In this document: piece after piece, positions 1-12,280 of the stretch | How positions within the stretch are numbered: position 1 is the first letter of the stretch | Layout of the letters: each line of letters begins with the position of its first letter | NCBI GenBank assembly: GCA_965649765.1 | Contig: OZ287752.1 | Span: 70,308,001 to 70,372,000, forward strand | Direction of reading: 5' to 3' | Source: Bispira polyomma | Lineage: Eukaryota | Length of the DNA stretch: 64,000 bases | Program-made: the position numbers and the translations under genes | The notes under the pieces: generated by a model | What the model was told of the DNA's origin: nothing | Databases searched by the model: none | Seen by the model: the letters and a program-made list of their open reading frames with translations, nothing else

Positions 1-49
1 ATACACAAATAGTCTCTGCCAAGGCTCCAGCTTGATATGGTGTCTTTCG

Positions 50-620
50 GATTTTTAATGCAGCACAAAAACGTACAAAAAGCAGAAATAATTTAACAAT
101 CGACAAGTAAAAAATATATATAGTTACGTCGTAAGGAAGGATAAGGAAGGAAGAATATGGAGGTATAGATAGGGAACTAAGGGGGATACATATTTCTGAA
201 GAGATAGGTTTTAAGACTTTTTTCTGGACCAAGAAACTTTTTAAAAGTGACCTAAATTCAACTGGGAGACTATTTCATAATATAGGAGCAGTGAGAATGC
301 GTGGAGATGCGTGCACAGATGTCGTAATTTTAAGGATTGTATGTCACATGCATTGTAAAATATGAAACAAGTTTCTTATTTTTAAATCTTGGCAAAGAAC
401 GTGAATGCACAATCAAAGTCTTGATGACTCTATCGTGTACACATTAAAACTCTCTTTACAAGGTCCTTTCATAAAAGACACAGGTTATATAAACATATAA
501 AATCTGTATATACATGATATAAAAGTATTAGGAAACGACAGAAGATTGTAGGAAAATTTCTGATGTCGACAACAAACTACAAAATATTTAGTATTTAATA
601 TATTTCTCCCTGGAACTAGT
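50..620 (-). mobile_element. Decayed L2/CR1-like LINE 3' fragment
   Basis: CTGGGAGACTATTTCATA (~262) matches CTGGGAGACTATTCCATA (~60262) in a clearer LINE copy, the reverse complement of the WNSLP-type motif near the end of L2/CR1 ORF2. Boundaries approximate. Confidence 0.4.
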
Positions 621-1016
621 TTACAGCTCCATAATATATGTAAGTTAACATCGAAGTTAAAATGGCAATTCCCAAATTTGCCCAGTTTTCTGGATGTCTG
701 GTGTTGTGCAAAACGATTTATTGTGACATAGTTATAAACCATACAATAAATTTGAACAAATACATATACTTTATCTGAATTTTGTTCCAAAATATAATGT
801 TGCCAAAACTCGAGCCATCATCAAGGCTAACACAGACATATGTATTAGTCAACTCCCCCCTCCCCCCCTCCTCCCCCCCAACAAAAACACAAAACTCCAA
901 ATATAACAGAAATCACAAGAAGCAGCTATTTCAGCAATTGTACCAGACATGTCGCAATTTGAGTGGGCTGTAAATATGACTGTATGTACATACAAGGTAC
1001 ACTATTACTGAATGGC

Positions 1017-1023
1017 TATAAAG
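1017..1023 (+). promoter_or_regulatory. Candidate TATA box of C1qDC gene 1
   Basis: TATAAAG about 205 nt upstream of ATG 1227; the paralog has TATAAA at a similar distance. Confidence 0.4.
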
Positions 1024-1226
1024 GCTTTGTACATGTATTAGCAGCACGAACAGAGGAACCAACAGTTGCTGATTGAAGACTATTTGGTGGGCCACGAACA
1101 ACATCCAACTTTTTCTTCTTTCAATTATCGGATGAAAGAAGAATATACATATATTTAAGTATTTTGTTGCAGTTTATATTTTCAATACATTTTTCTTACT
1201 ACATTTAAACTTTTCCAAATATCAAA

Positions 1227-2167
1227 ATGCAACTGGAACATTTGATCTGTGTGATGTTGGTGGGTACATTTTATGTCAGTCAAGCTTCCAAGAATGTCGG
1301 CACTCCTGAAGACAATCCTATGGGTCAGTCTGATGCTCTGACTAGCCTGGGTGATATTACCACCAAGTTAGTGACCAAGCTAGTAGAATCTGAAGATGAA
1401 AAGGTGGATATCTATGGGATGGCTGACCTTATCACGGCTCTTTCAAAAGCAGCAACAATTGTGGAACACCCTGATGTGAGTAGTATTGAATTTAATGTCT
1501 ATGTCAGCCAATGTATTGTCGTGAGGATTTGTCTATGTGCAAGTCAATGTCTTCTTCTCTGTATATAGGTGCCACCCACTTCCTGAATTTGTTTCTACCA
1601 GTACCGGTACCAATAAGTCTTCATGGCATCCTGACATTACCTGGGTTTAAAAGTCTTCCCTGTGCAAAACTACTTCCTACTATAGAACCACCAAAGTGAT
1701 CATTTGTTCATAGCAGTATGTACGAATCAACAGTCCCCCCAAGGATATATTATTTCAATATTTTACTAATTGTTGTTGTTACCAAGAGTAACCAGGGATC
1801 TTCTGATCGCCTAGAGCAACTTAATCCCTGACCACTCGGCTGAGATAGTATACTTTGCTTGTATTGGTGCTGAGTTTCTGGTGTGTGTTCATATTGTTAA
1901 ATGCACAATAATGTGGTCTTCTGTGGCCTAGTGGTCGGGAAGGCCTGGTCTGGGGAGCTGAGGCTCGCTTGTTCAACTCCCGGTGTGGCTAAAATAGCAA
2001 CCTACAATTGTGGAGTCCTCACATGTAAGTGAAAAGCGAAAAGGTTTCTGCGAGTAACAAAGGCTATCGGCTGCTAGTCTACGATGTAGTAGTCGAAAGT
2101 GTTAATGATGACTGTTCTATTGTTGAAAATTAAATGTTGCTCCCTCAACATATTTAGAGAGTTTCTA

Positions 2168-2248
<81 letters not shown>

Positions 2249-5200
2249 TGCATGTAAGAAAAAAGTTGGTAGTAGACCTTTTTAAAAGCTTTGGTTTGCC
2301 GTACTGAATACCACCATCAATAACTACCCTGTACTGATTTAATCCGCTCCAGCCACACATTGCGATGTAATACGCAGTTATTGAAAGTGACAACACATCG
2401 AAATGTATCGACTATAAACTTGAGTATGACACGATATAGAAATTAATACTATATAATTTTGAAATGTATTTGTTTCCTCTGTTATACCCACCAAGAGAGC
2501 TGATTTTAGAGCTTTCCCAATCAATGCCCTCACGTTATGGAATAGTCTACCAGTTTAGCCTAGATGACTAAAAACTAAAACACTTGCTGGGTTTAGGTAA
2601 AAACTTGAATCCTATCTCTTCAAACTCGTTAATCACTTAGTTCCCCCACTGTACATAGGGGCCGCAGTGGCCTAGTGGTTAGCAAGGAGTACGCTTCACA
2701 ATCAATGGCCTCTCACCTCTGGAGATCGAATGGTCGCGAATTCACCTCTCGTTGATGTCTATGTGGAAAAGGTGGTAGTTCCTTACTGTGGGCCGCTGGT
2801 TTCAGTGTAGAACCTTGATCAACTGTATACAGTGTTTCCTCCAGCGTTTCAAGTATCTCTCCCAATATAACCTACTAAAACGTACTAGAGTGGACGTTAA
2901 ATATTCAAATCAATCCGCTTTACATGTCCACATCCTTAAAACCGGGCTATGTTTTTGGACTTCTCTATTGGTTTCATGATTCTGTTTTTGCACTTTAGAA
3001 GCTACCTCACAAAATACAATATAATACAATAAAAATATGTAGTGGATAAATGATAGACAGTAGATTATCCTCCTAAAATGATTTACATATTCTTCCAGAT
3101 GCTTGTTCTAGAAATTGGTATATTCACACACAATATGATTGGTCGTCATATGAGAAGCAATACTGTGCTTTTCACATGTCCCCCCCAATGATCCCTGTAA
3201 CTTTAGTAGGGGTAGTTTTAAAAATATTATCATTCTTCAATTTATGTCTCAACCAATCTGATTGGCTGAAAATATTGTCTCAAAGAAGTTAATTGGCTGA
3301 GACCAGCAAAATACTTTCAAAACTACCGCCTCATGGGTTGAACTGGAGTCGTTTACTGCTTACTATACCAAATCTCAAACCACCAGGCCGACAGTTAACA
3401 GCGCTGTCGCTTTTAATTAACCCTTTCAACCTCAAGGAAAAGCTATGATCAGAAGCTTTAGGAAATTTTTCGGAAACATGTAACAGATAGCTCTAACCAC
3501 TGAAACACTCATCACAGACTACTTCCAGCATACAATAATGGCTTCATGTATTATTTTCTAAACCAGAGATTGTGCTGTGCAAACAATTTTCTATTGCAAA
3601 AAAATGAAGGAAAATAAATTAATATTTTTTTGGCTGTGTGAGCAACAAATGCTGTTGACTGCTTATCGAGAATATAGAGGTCTAAAAGGGTTAAAGTCAC
3701 AGTTAAAAGATCTTCTTTTTGTTAACATTTTCCAGATGTACAAAGAGATGATCACCAATGACCATGAGGAACAACTGCACAAGCTAAGCTCGACAGTCAA
3801 GGTTCTTTCGGAACAGCAGAGGAGCCTGCAGGAAATGATCGACCTCCAGCAAGAACGTCTTCTTGTCATCGATGAAATGGCTTACGAACTCAACCAGAGC
3901 CAGGCACTCATCACAAGGCTAGAGCAGCAACTTGAAGAGAAGGAGCTCAGTCTAGGTATATTAACCCTCTTTAAGCCTCGAGTTTCTTCACTTTGAAAGC
4001 ATGTCTCACATAATTGGGAACAAATTCAATAAATACATCCAATTTCAGTTTTCACAAAATAGTCTCAATAAGTAAGAGGAATTTGTAGGGTTGCTAAGAA
4101 GAGTAGGTGGTTAAGAAGAGTAGTTTACCTGCTGTAAGTTCATACATGTAGTTAATACATTTAATATTTGCTTGTATATATACAGATATAAATTTTATAT
4201 ACTGTTATATTTTATATACTGTTGAAATAGTAATTCATGTTTGTGCAAGTATGCATCCACATAGGTAGATTTCAATATCAAAAGTAGAAAATTGGATTCT
4301 AAGAAAAGGAAAGACAGGGGAGATGGGGCCAAGGGCCTTTAGGAGAGAGGACCATGGGTTGGGGAGATGATAGGGAAATGGTAGAGATGTGAAGAAAGGA
4401 CTTTCGCGTAGGAAAGATGGGAGAGAAACTGGGGAGGGGATAGGGGACGTAGAGTAAAATAATGGGTGTGTGATATTAGGGGTGGTATAGAGAGGGTATG
4501 GAGAGATTTCTTAAAAAGAGACAACAATATATGGAGATGACAGTGACTAAAATTCATAGAGATAGGCCGAATATTCATGTTTGTAACATTAAAGATCTAT
4601 TATATGTAAGAGATAAGGAAAACACTAAGTTTACAATGTATAAGGTTAGGGAGATGTTAAAGTGTGCCTGTACAGCATTCCCTTCATTTACATACAAGAA
4701 GTGGTGCTTTTTCCAATACAAAGTATATTGGGGCCAAATAGCCGCTTTAAACTACTACCATACGATACAACTAGTAAGAAAACCTTTACCTCTATATATC
4801 CATATATAGGTCAAGACTTTGTTGGCTTCACCGCCTGGGCTGATGTCTCCTCAAGCTACAGAGACGAGGACACAATCCTCTTCCCTCAGGTCCTCTTTAA
4901 CTACGGCTCTGGCTATGATAGGTCCACCGGCAAATTCACCTGTCCTGTATCTGGTGTTTACTCCGTCAATGTTCATCTGGAGGAGACAAACTCCGGCGGA
5001 CTTATTATTGATGGCATGCTAGATTCTGTTGCACTCTTCCGTGTCCATGTTCACGACGATTCGACTGAGCATGGAACCTCTGCCACGTCGGCCATGGTGG
5101 GCTGTCGCCAGGGCCAGACCATCTACATGAGCTCTCAGGACAGCGGTAGCAGTGCCGAGGTGCAATACACTGAGAAGAGAAGTGTCTTCAGCATTTACCT

Positions 5201-5255
5201 GGTCAAAGCCATGTCTACAGGAGATGTCCGAAGTGGAAGTCAGCTCGGCTCATAA
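1227..5255 (+). CDS. Secreted C1q-domain-containing protein (C1qDC paralog 1), ~304 aa, 3 coding exons
   Basis: Exons: 1227-1475 (signal peptide to EHPD, donor GTGAGT, phase 0); 3736-3955 (acceptor TTTCCAG, coiled coil, 220 nt, phase 1); 4810-5255 (gC1q motifs VGFTA, FPQVLFNYGSGYD, TGKFTCPVSGVY, FSIYLV; stop TAA). Exons join in frame and match paralog 2 in structure. Confidence 0.92.
1922..1990 (+). mobile_element. tRNA-derived SINE head
   Basis: A box GTGGCCTAGTGG and B-box-like GTTCAACTCC; no convincing cloverleaf. Confidence 0.5.
2171..2244. repeat. (TA)n microsatellite
   Basis: About 37 perfect TA units in intron 1 of C1qDC gene 1. Confidence 0.98.
2470..3035 (+). mobile_element. L2/CR1-like LINE 3' end interrupted by a SINE
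   Basis: TTATGGAATAGTCTACCA (LWNSLP); 3' UTR motif GGCTATG..TTTGGACTTCTCTATTGGTT shared with copies at ~15720 and ~9410 (reverse complement); AATAC-like tail. Confidence 0.65.
2658..2915 (+). mobile_element. tRNA-derived SINE inserted in the LINE 3' UTR
   Basis: GGGGCCGCAGTGGCCTAGTGGTTAG head; shares CTTCACAATCA..GG.CTCTCACC and ATGTGGAAAAG with the copy at 11733; AATC-type tail. Confidence 0.75.
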
Positions 5256-5594
5256 ATGTGGGGGGCGAGTCAGGCGTACTTTACTGGTACAAATAAGAAA
5301 GTGTTCACACAAAGATTTGACATATACAAGAAATTTGACAACTAATTCAATGTGTAAAGTTTCATCAGCTCTGAAATACAATTCCTGAAACATAAATTTT
5401 ATATTATTGCAAAAGGAGGGTCCTGTAGTTGGGTCTAACACTTTAGGTCTAATACTAACAGGCAGTTTGGTTGGGAGATGTGACACCACCATAAATTAAA
5501 TTTAAAAAAAAACAAACATAAAATTTATTTCTGATGGATTTACTGTTTGATTTTGTGGTTGCATGTTTTTTGTCAAAGATTGTCTGAACGTTAA

Positions 5595-6075
5595 ATAACA
5601 GCGTTTAGTATCGTAAACATACAAATGTGCCGCCGAGGCTTCGTACTGGAATTATAAACTCTATCCTACTTTAAAAAATGTCAAAATTTAGGCTATAATT
5701 TTTCGAATAAGAATGCAAAAGACCTTTCTGTTTAGAAGATAATTATTCCATTTTTTGTGTTTAATTATAGAACTAAATCATACAAAGTCATGCCGAAATC
5801 ATCATTTTTTTTCTAATGATCTACAATATTTTAGTTTGGATTCATTCTTTGTATGTGAATTGTTCGTCACGTTTGGGAAGCAAGAGCCTTGAAAATTAGG
5901 AACCATTTTTTTTCTAAATTTAACCCATTCGAATGTATATTTGTATATATGAGTTTCAAAATATTCATTGAAGTGATACTAAAAACGTGTATGTATGTAT
6001 CAGCATATAATTCAAATATGGCATTCTGAAAATGTAAATATATTATCCACAATATAACTTTAGTTTTGTTGGTAA
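5595..6075 (+). mobile_element. Eroded copy of the Kolobok-type MITE family
   Basis: Start GTTTAGTATCGTAAACA resembles the TIR at 30341; internal GTATGTGAATTGT..GTCACGTTTG.GAAGCA matches ~30911. Confidence 0.5.
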
Positions 6076-6559
6076 AAGATACATGTTCTTTGTGACTTAT
6101 TTGTTAAATATGGTCAATATTATATCCAAGTTCATAGTGCAAAAGTAGAGTTATAATAAATACTTGATATTAACTGGTGTTTTCCCCTTTCAAACATTAA
6201 TTAAAATAAAACCTGTCTACCACTGACAACCAGGACAACTCAGGACACATATTCTGCATTAGATTGTATAACTTAAAACATAGGCGGATCTAAATATTAT
6301 ATTGTGAGCATTCATGTTAAACATTTGGTCTTAACCTCTTGTTTTCTTGTGACAACATCAAATGAATTCAAAAACAATAATTAAATTGTTTAAGTCAGTT
6401 TACTCGCATAGGTCAACATCTTCTTCTCTGAAACTGCAAGTGCTACAGACTTTCTGATTTTCTTGCAAGTACCTTGGGTGAAAAAATGTAATGCATTTAT
6501 CAAAGTTGACCCATGGGTCAATTTCCAGAATTTCGTGCCATATCTAGTATTACGTGTAG

Positions 6560-7400
6560 TGTCATAGGGGCTGGTATATCTCAACAAAACTAACTGGTAA
6601 GGTTCAACACCATACAAATCTATTCAAGGTCACTTTTATGAACCCAAAAGGATTAATTTTATGTTTTTTGTTTATATGAAACCTACTTATAAAAAATAGC
6701 CTGCAATTTCCCTAATACACCACCATATTTCTTTTGTTAGACTTGCTGGATCCAATTCCTAACCATTTCAAAAAGTTACTTATAAAGTAACTAAGTGAAG
6801 CGAGGGCGTGACCGATTCATTGGTCACTGGGTGCTTGTTTGTTTATAACTTCTATCCATTGGTTTTGATAGCCTTGGAATGTATTATAAGTCTTGGTCAG
6901 ATTTGATATGTGACCTTGGGTTAAAGGTCAAACTGGGGTCATACTTGCTCGGACATCTTTTTAGAGTTCTCCAAAATTACTGATAAGGCTCAATCTATAA
7001 GTGTGTGTCTTTTTATCGTAATATACTTAAGTGTCCCTGAAATATCTCTTTATGGCTCAACAAGATTACTGGTAAGGTTCTGAACAGTATTTTAAGGTCA
7101 CTTCTATGACCATAAAGGGGTTAATTTTCATGTTTTTTATTGCTTTATATCGCCTTTACTATTGGCTCAGAATGTATTTTTTGGCATATAGGAAACCAGA
7201 ATCAGTAAATCTAACGGACTGGTCTTGTTTGACCTATGACGTGGCTTGAAGGTCGAACTGGGGTCATGAAGGTAAATTTCCTGTATTTTGTGTGATATCT
7301 CCAAAAGAATTACTTGAAATACTATTAAAGTTGCTGGCCTATCTCTATTAGGTTTAACAAAATTACTAGTAAGGTTTTGTATAATTGAAGTCACTGTTTC
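6560..7400. repeat. Degenerate tandem repeat region, possibly Helitron/Helentron-associated
   Basis: ACTGGTAAGGTTC...AAGGTCACTT..ATGA at ~6593 and ~7068; AAGGTC.AACTGGGGTCAT at ~6924 and ~7249. Confidence 0.5.
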
Positions 7401-8329
7401 ATTGTAGTCACTGAAAGATGCACCACAGACTACGTCTGACATTCAATAACATCCTCATGTATGATTTTTTAACAGGGATGTCTGCTGTACTAGCAATGTC
7501 CTGTTGTGAGAAACTGAAGGAAAATTAAAAAAGTATGTTCTGGGTGTAGCAAATGCCTTCAACTGCTTACCAACAACATAGGGTTGATTCCATCATGTTT
7601 TGCCCATGTGTTTGTCACTACCATTACACAAAACAATATCAGTAAACAGATTCATTGTAGCAATGGATGCATAGTCCAAGCAAGAATTTTTTGAAATTTG
7701 GACTTGAAGGTCTAGTTATAAGAGCAGATCCTGTTACTTGTATGCAGAGGTATGCACTCTACTGAGTTGGCTTTTATTGTTTCTACTTGATTGTCATATG
7801 AAAAAAGGTTTTACTTCTATAGCGCCACAAACGATGACCACGTAATCTCTTCGGCGCACGTCAGTCAGTATTTGAATGAGTAGTACAATAAAAGAAAAGG
7901 TTCCAGAAGACAAATGTTAAGGCATAAAAGTGAGTTGACATAGATGTGCTTTGATCTTTCTCATAAAGCCTATAATCCATTCTTAGTGTGAAGACCAGCA
8001 GTGAGACTATTTCACAAAGTCGTTGCGGCAACTTCAATGAGTTTAAACCTGCCAAAGTTTATGAATAAGAAGTCAGAGTTAGAGAGGTGATTTTTCTTTG
8101 GTGAGATCGTTTTACAACTCTGACAACATTGGTGAGATCGTTTTTACAACTCTGACAACATAGATGATAAGTAGGCTGGCTGCTGCACATGGACACTTTT
8201 TAAAATGAGGACATCTACCTTGAATTTTATACAGGACTAGTGTATTTTTTTAAATTTATTTTAAGTATTTATATAGCTCCTTATTGATATATCATTCTGT
8301 AAGGCGATAATTCTACAAAAGGTTTAGTC

Positions 8330-9160
8330 CTACAACATGGGTCATCATCAGTAGGAAATGGTGTGTTCATATCTTGCCTAAAGACATTATCCCGCCACTG
8401 AGCCTAGCAGCATTAGCAGAAGTTGAACCTGGGAACCTTCTGATTACCAGGGGCCGTATTCACAAAGATGGATCAAGCTGAGCGAAAAATCAGCTCAAGA
8501 TCAGCTCAGGATCAAGATCAGCTCAAAAAAAAGACTCAGCTGATCTTTGGATCAAATCAGTATTCACAAAGCAAGGATTAGCTGAGCCAAAAATTAGATA
8601 ATTTTTAAACAACAAAAACACAAGTTCAAGTTTTTATATTAAACAGCTGTTTTATGAATTAATTTCCATTTAGATTATATTTTTATGCATTAGGTTGATT
8701 ATTGTAAGCAAAAGAATATTTTAAATATTTTGGTTATAATCCAAAAACTTCAGCTCCGCCCACTTTTGATCCTTGTAAAATACACAAAACATAGCCTCTT
8801 TTCACAACAAGTTAAACCAACATAAAACTGTACGTAGCTACTCTTAAAATGACATATGTGAAGATAAAGTATCATAGATAATTTATCAATGATTTATTTG
8901 ATGAAACCATTGTTAGTTCGTATATTACAAGCTCCAAACTTTGATCCAAATCTTAAACCACCTAAATGGATGGATCAAAATTAAGCCAAAAGATGAGCGA
9001 AAAATCAGCTCAACTTTTTAGTGAATACCAAATTTGATCTGATCCAAAAATTTGAGCTGATTTTTGGCTCAGCTAATTTTTGGCTCAACTTGAGCTGATT
9101 TTTCGTTGATCCCTTTTGTGACTACGGCCCCTGATCAACTCTCTAACCACTGGGCCACGA
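8330..9160 (-). mobile_element. tRNA-derived SINE split by a MITE
   Basis: Minus strand has A box GTGGCCCAGTGGTTAGAG (~9140-9159) and B box GGTTCAAC (~8422-8429) on either side of the MITE; body similar to 13040-13140. Confidence 0.65.
8451..9130. mobile_element. Non-autonomous DNA transposon (MITE) with CWG flanks, probably PIF/Harbinger-related
   Basis: TIRs GGGCCGTATTCACAAA and TTTGTGACTACGGCCC; flanks CAG and CTG; subterminal GATCAGCTCA/GCTGAGC repeats; same TIR as 44005-44318. Confidence 0.85.
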
Positions 9161-9329
9161 GAGACCACAAATTTTGAAGCAACGGGGTTGTGTGTAATCA
9201 GCAAGGTATATAATTCAGCATTGCTTGTTTTAAATTATCTGCAGTTTGTTAATTTGCCCCTGTCCAGTTCCATACAGCATTTTCTCGAGTTAGGTGTCGA
9301 CAAAGTCTCCGATATTGCAGATTTTTGGC

Positions 9330-10700
9330 AATTTTGTATTGTATTTTGGATTTTTAATGTGCATTATTCATACAAGGCATCTTCTAAAGCTCAACAACAG
9401 AATCATTAACCAATAGAGAAGTCCAAAAAACATATAGCAAGGTCTTAATGAAGGAACACATAGGGAATTATGGGGTATGCGAGTTTGAAGAGGTGGGTTT
9501 TAAGCTTTTTACTAAAACCAAAAAGACTGCTCAGCAACATAGGGCAGCAATAGAGAAAGCTCTAGATCCAGCCTTCTTGGTAGGTTTTACAGAAGAAACA
9601 GAACGTCTCATTTCTATTTTAAGGTTTTTGATGGCAATGCGAGCAGCAAGGTAGGAGGGCTGTTGAGAGATAACAGCTTTGAAAGTAATTACATGAATAT
9701 CACAGAAACAGTAAAGAGGGCTGTTTCACAGTCAAGGATGATCTGGAGCAGCCCCAATTTTTACGATCTTGGTGGCACCCTGCTGAATCCTCTGGACTAC
9801 CTGCTGTGACAGGAAATACCTTGAATTTTTAAAAATGCTCCAGATAATCCTGGAGTATGCCAGGGTGATCTTGAAGGACTTAACGATTTAACTTCAACAA
9901 GCCACCCAGGTTGATCCTAGCAATCGGGAAAGTGACCGAGGTTGACCCTAACAATAGGGAAAGTCACCCAGATTGATCTTAACAATCGGAAAAGTCATCC
10001 AGGCTGATCCTAACAATCGGGAGGGTCACCCAGGTTGATCTTTACAACAATAAGGATTCCATTTTGTTGTTTTAGGGTGATGGAGGGGGAAATACACCAA
10101 GATCAACCTGGGTGGCATTAGGGTTACTCGGGGTTATTCCAGATTATCCCGGCCCAGAGGGGGGTAAAATTTCAAATCGGGGCATTTTCTAAACATGTTT
10201 AGAAACTTTACGATCGTGTTATTTGATCCCTAGGATTATGACCCTGACTGCCCAGATGAATCCTGAAGCTACAGGATTACGGTCGGGGTGTCAAAAATCG
10301 GGGCTGCTCCAGATCATCCTTGACAGTGGAACAGAGTATCTTGTGACAACTGTGTTGAACACTGCAAACAAGTAAATAAAGGTTATGGCAATTACACTGT
10401 TTGTGTCTAAGACCCTGTTAATATCATTGCTAATTCTCAGTAGTGCTGTTTCAGTAGAATGGAATTTTCTATATAGGCTGATGGATGTGGTATATCCATT
10501 TGTTTTATGGACTAGTGTTCATTTATTTAAAGTGCAACAGTTTTTATACCCCTATTGCACGATTATTAGGCAATTGTGCAAAATCTGTCATACCAACTCA
10601 AACAAATAACAGATTGACTGAAAGTGTATATCAAAAGTTATAATAATCACATCATAATTGGATCCTCTATCTGCGCACCAAACAAAGTAGTATTAGAAAT
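9330..10700 (-). mobile_element. L2/CR1-like LINE fragment interrupted by a MITE
   Basis: AACCAATAGAGAAGTCCAAAA is the reverse complement of the family 3' UTR motif; GCAAGGTAGGAGGGCTGTTGAG matches ~60390; homology resumes after ~10340. Confidence 0.65.
9718..10334. mobile_element. Harbinger-type MITE
   Basis: About 35-bp TIR CTGTTTCACAGTCAAGGATGATCTGGAGCAGCCCC and its near-perfect complement at ~10300-10334; internal ~30-bp repeats (CACCCAGGTTGATCCTAACAATCGGGAAAGT) at ~9900-10045; terminus GGGCTGTTTCAC shared with 27164. Confidence 0.85.
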
Positions 10701-11119
10701 GTGTGGCAGTGTCCTCATTTTGCATATGAAGGATCTAACTAGAATAATACTTATGAAAACTTAAATTTAAAAATAAATATTTACTCACTAATTGCACAAT
10801 GGTTTTTTGACAGTTTTTATTGTCTAATACCCGCTTCAATATATGTGTGTCAGTCATATGTTTATCAATAAAAATCAAGATGATACAATCAATATTATAC
10901 AGTTTGTATTGCTTCACCATTTTGTTCAGTGCCTCAGGCCCAATTTTCACATACTTAAAATGAAATTGACTATAATTAACTTGAATCATGGTCTTTAGAT
11001 ATTGTCTTAATCCAAATCGGACTATTCAAAAAGATAAATATTTATAGTATATATATATTAGTCCCAGAAAACATTAGTCCATTGTGCCCATTCGTATCAT
11101 GGCTACATGAAGTTGGACT

Positions 11120-11322
11120 TAAATTTAGTTGGGTTTTATGTTAATGTTACAAGCATCAGATTTAATGGTGGGGAAAACCAGTGCTGGAGTACTGTAAACC
11201 CCAGCCATACGACAAGTACCTGCCAATCTTTCCGACATTAAAGGAATGAACCAGGATCTGAACCCACATTGGTGAGTCCAGTAGATATTAGCAAGCGCTT
11301 CTAACCACTAGGCCAGCAATGG
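11120..11322 (-). mobile_element. tRNA-derived SINE
   Basis: TTCTAACCACTAGGCCA (A box reverse complement) and GAACCCACATTGGTGAG; tail TTTAGTTGGGTTTTATG; same family as 11733, 23685 and 51880. Confidence 0.75.
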
Positions 11323-11732
11323 ACCTGAGACCATATAAATCATGGTCTTAGGATATTGTCTGAATCCAAATCTGAGTGTTCTAAAAGATATGTTCATGAA
11401 TGGGTGTGCATAGATATTTGCAGATGCATGGAAACAGGGCATTAACCAAATCTCACACTGATTGTGTACATTGTATATTGATGCAGGAGCTTCATTATTA
11501 TATCAGTAGTCAGTTAATCTACCAGCCAGAATATAGATCTAATTCTTTTTTTGAAATACCCCTATCATGACATTGAATACAAATCCATTATTCTGTCAAT
11601 TATATATATCAGAAGATTAATTGAGCTATGACATCTATTTAAGCATACTCAAAACTACAACCGGAACCTGTATGGTGTGGTAATGGTAATAAAGTCGCCT
11701 TCCATCTCCACAACAGTTGGGGGGGAGGCGTT

Positions 11733-12280
11733 GGGGACATGGTGGCCCAGTGGTTAGAACAGTCAGCTTCACAATCACTGGTCTCTCACCAATGTGAGTT
11801 TCGAATCCTGTGCCATTCCTGCATGTGGAAAAGTTAGTGTACATCTCCAGTACAAGTACAATCTGGCGATGTACAATCGTACCATTTGCGATTAATATTT
11901 GTGGTGTGTGTCTCCACAAGTGCGACTTGGTATGGGATTACAAGACTTTTGATATTGTTTATAACATTACTTCCATGTGATTTTTTTGTCTGATGAGAAA
12001 ATTTCCGCTCCACGAGTAAATACTTTTGCAAATAGTACAGTTGATTTTTGTGTGTGGAGACAGTTGTATATAATTTATAAGGATCAAACAAATCGCAATC
12101 GCAAATCGTACATGGTACGGCGAAAATGGTACTTGTGGAGGCGTACACTGAGCCAGGGACTTGCAGTAAGCTAGCTGGTGGTTTACAATGCTTCAGCACT
12201 GATTTCTTTCACTATCAAGAATCTGGTCTTAGTGATAGGACCTAAGCTATTGTAATAGCAACATAAAACCTAACTAAATC
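11733..12280 (+). mobile_element. tRNA-derived SINE with an internal MITE insertion
   Basis: Head GGTGGCCCAGTGGTTAGAA...TTCGAATCC; body resumes at ~12160 and ends ATAAAACCTAACTAAAT. Confidence 0.75.
11835..12150. mobile_element. Small MITE with CAGTG-type (hAT-like) termini
   Basis: AGTGTACATCTCCAGTACAAGTAC at the left and GTACTTGTGGAGGCGTACACTG at the right form imperfect TIRs; no clear TSD. Confidence 0.55.

Noticed and set aside
2154-2396. ORF with an IY repeat
   Set aside because: Translation of the (TA)n microsatellite.
2658-2745. tRNA genes (also at 1922 and 11733)
   Set aside because: A/B boxes are present but there is no consistent cloverleaf, and shared downstream bodies and tails indicate SINEs.
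3577-3735. N-terminal extension of the exon-2 ORF (likewise 4662-4809 and 1476-1568)
   Set aside because: Intronic read-through; paralog similarity starts and stops at the splice sites.
4315-4560. Purine-rich tract with short ORFs
   Set aside because: Low-complexity intronic sequence with no homology or splice support.
8098-8161. 31-bp tandem duplication (similar short duplications at ~25516-25621, ~59668-59729 and 10985/11339)
   Set aside because: Ordinary local duplications with no further structure.
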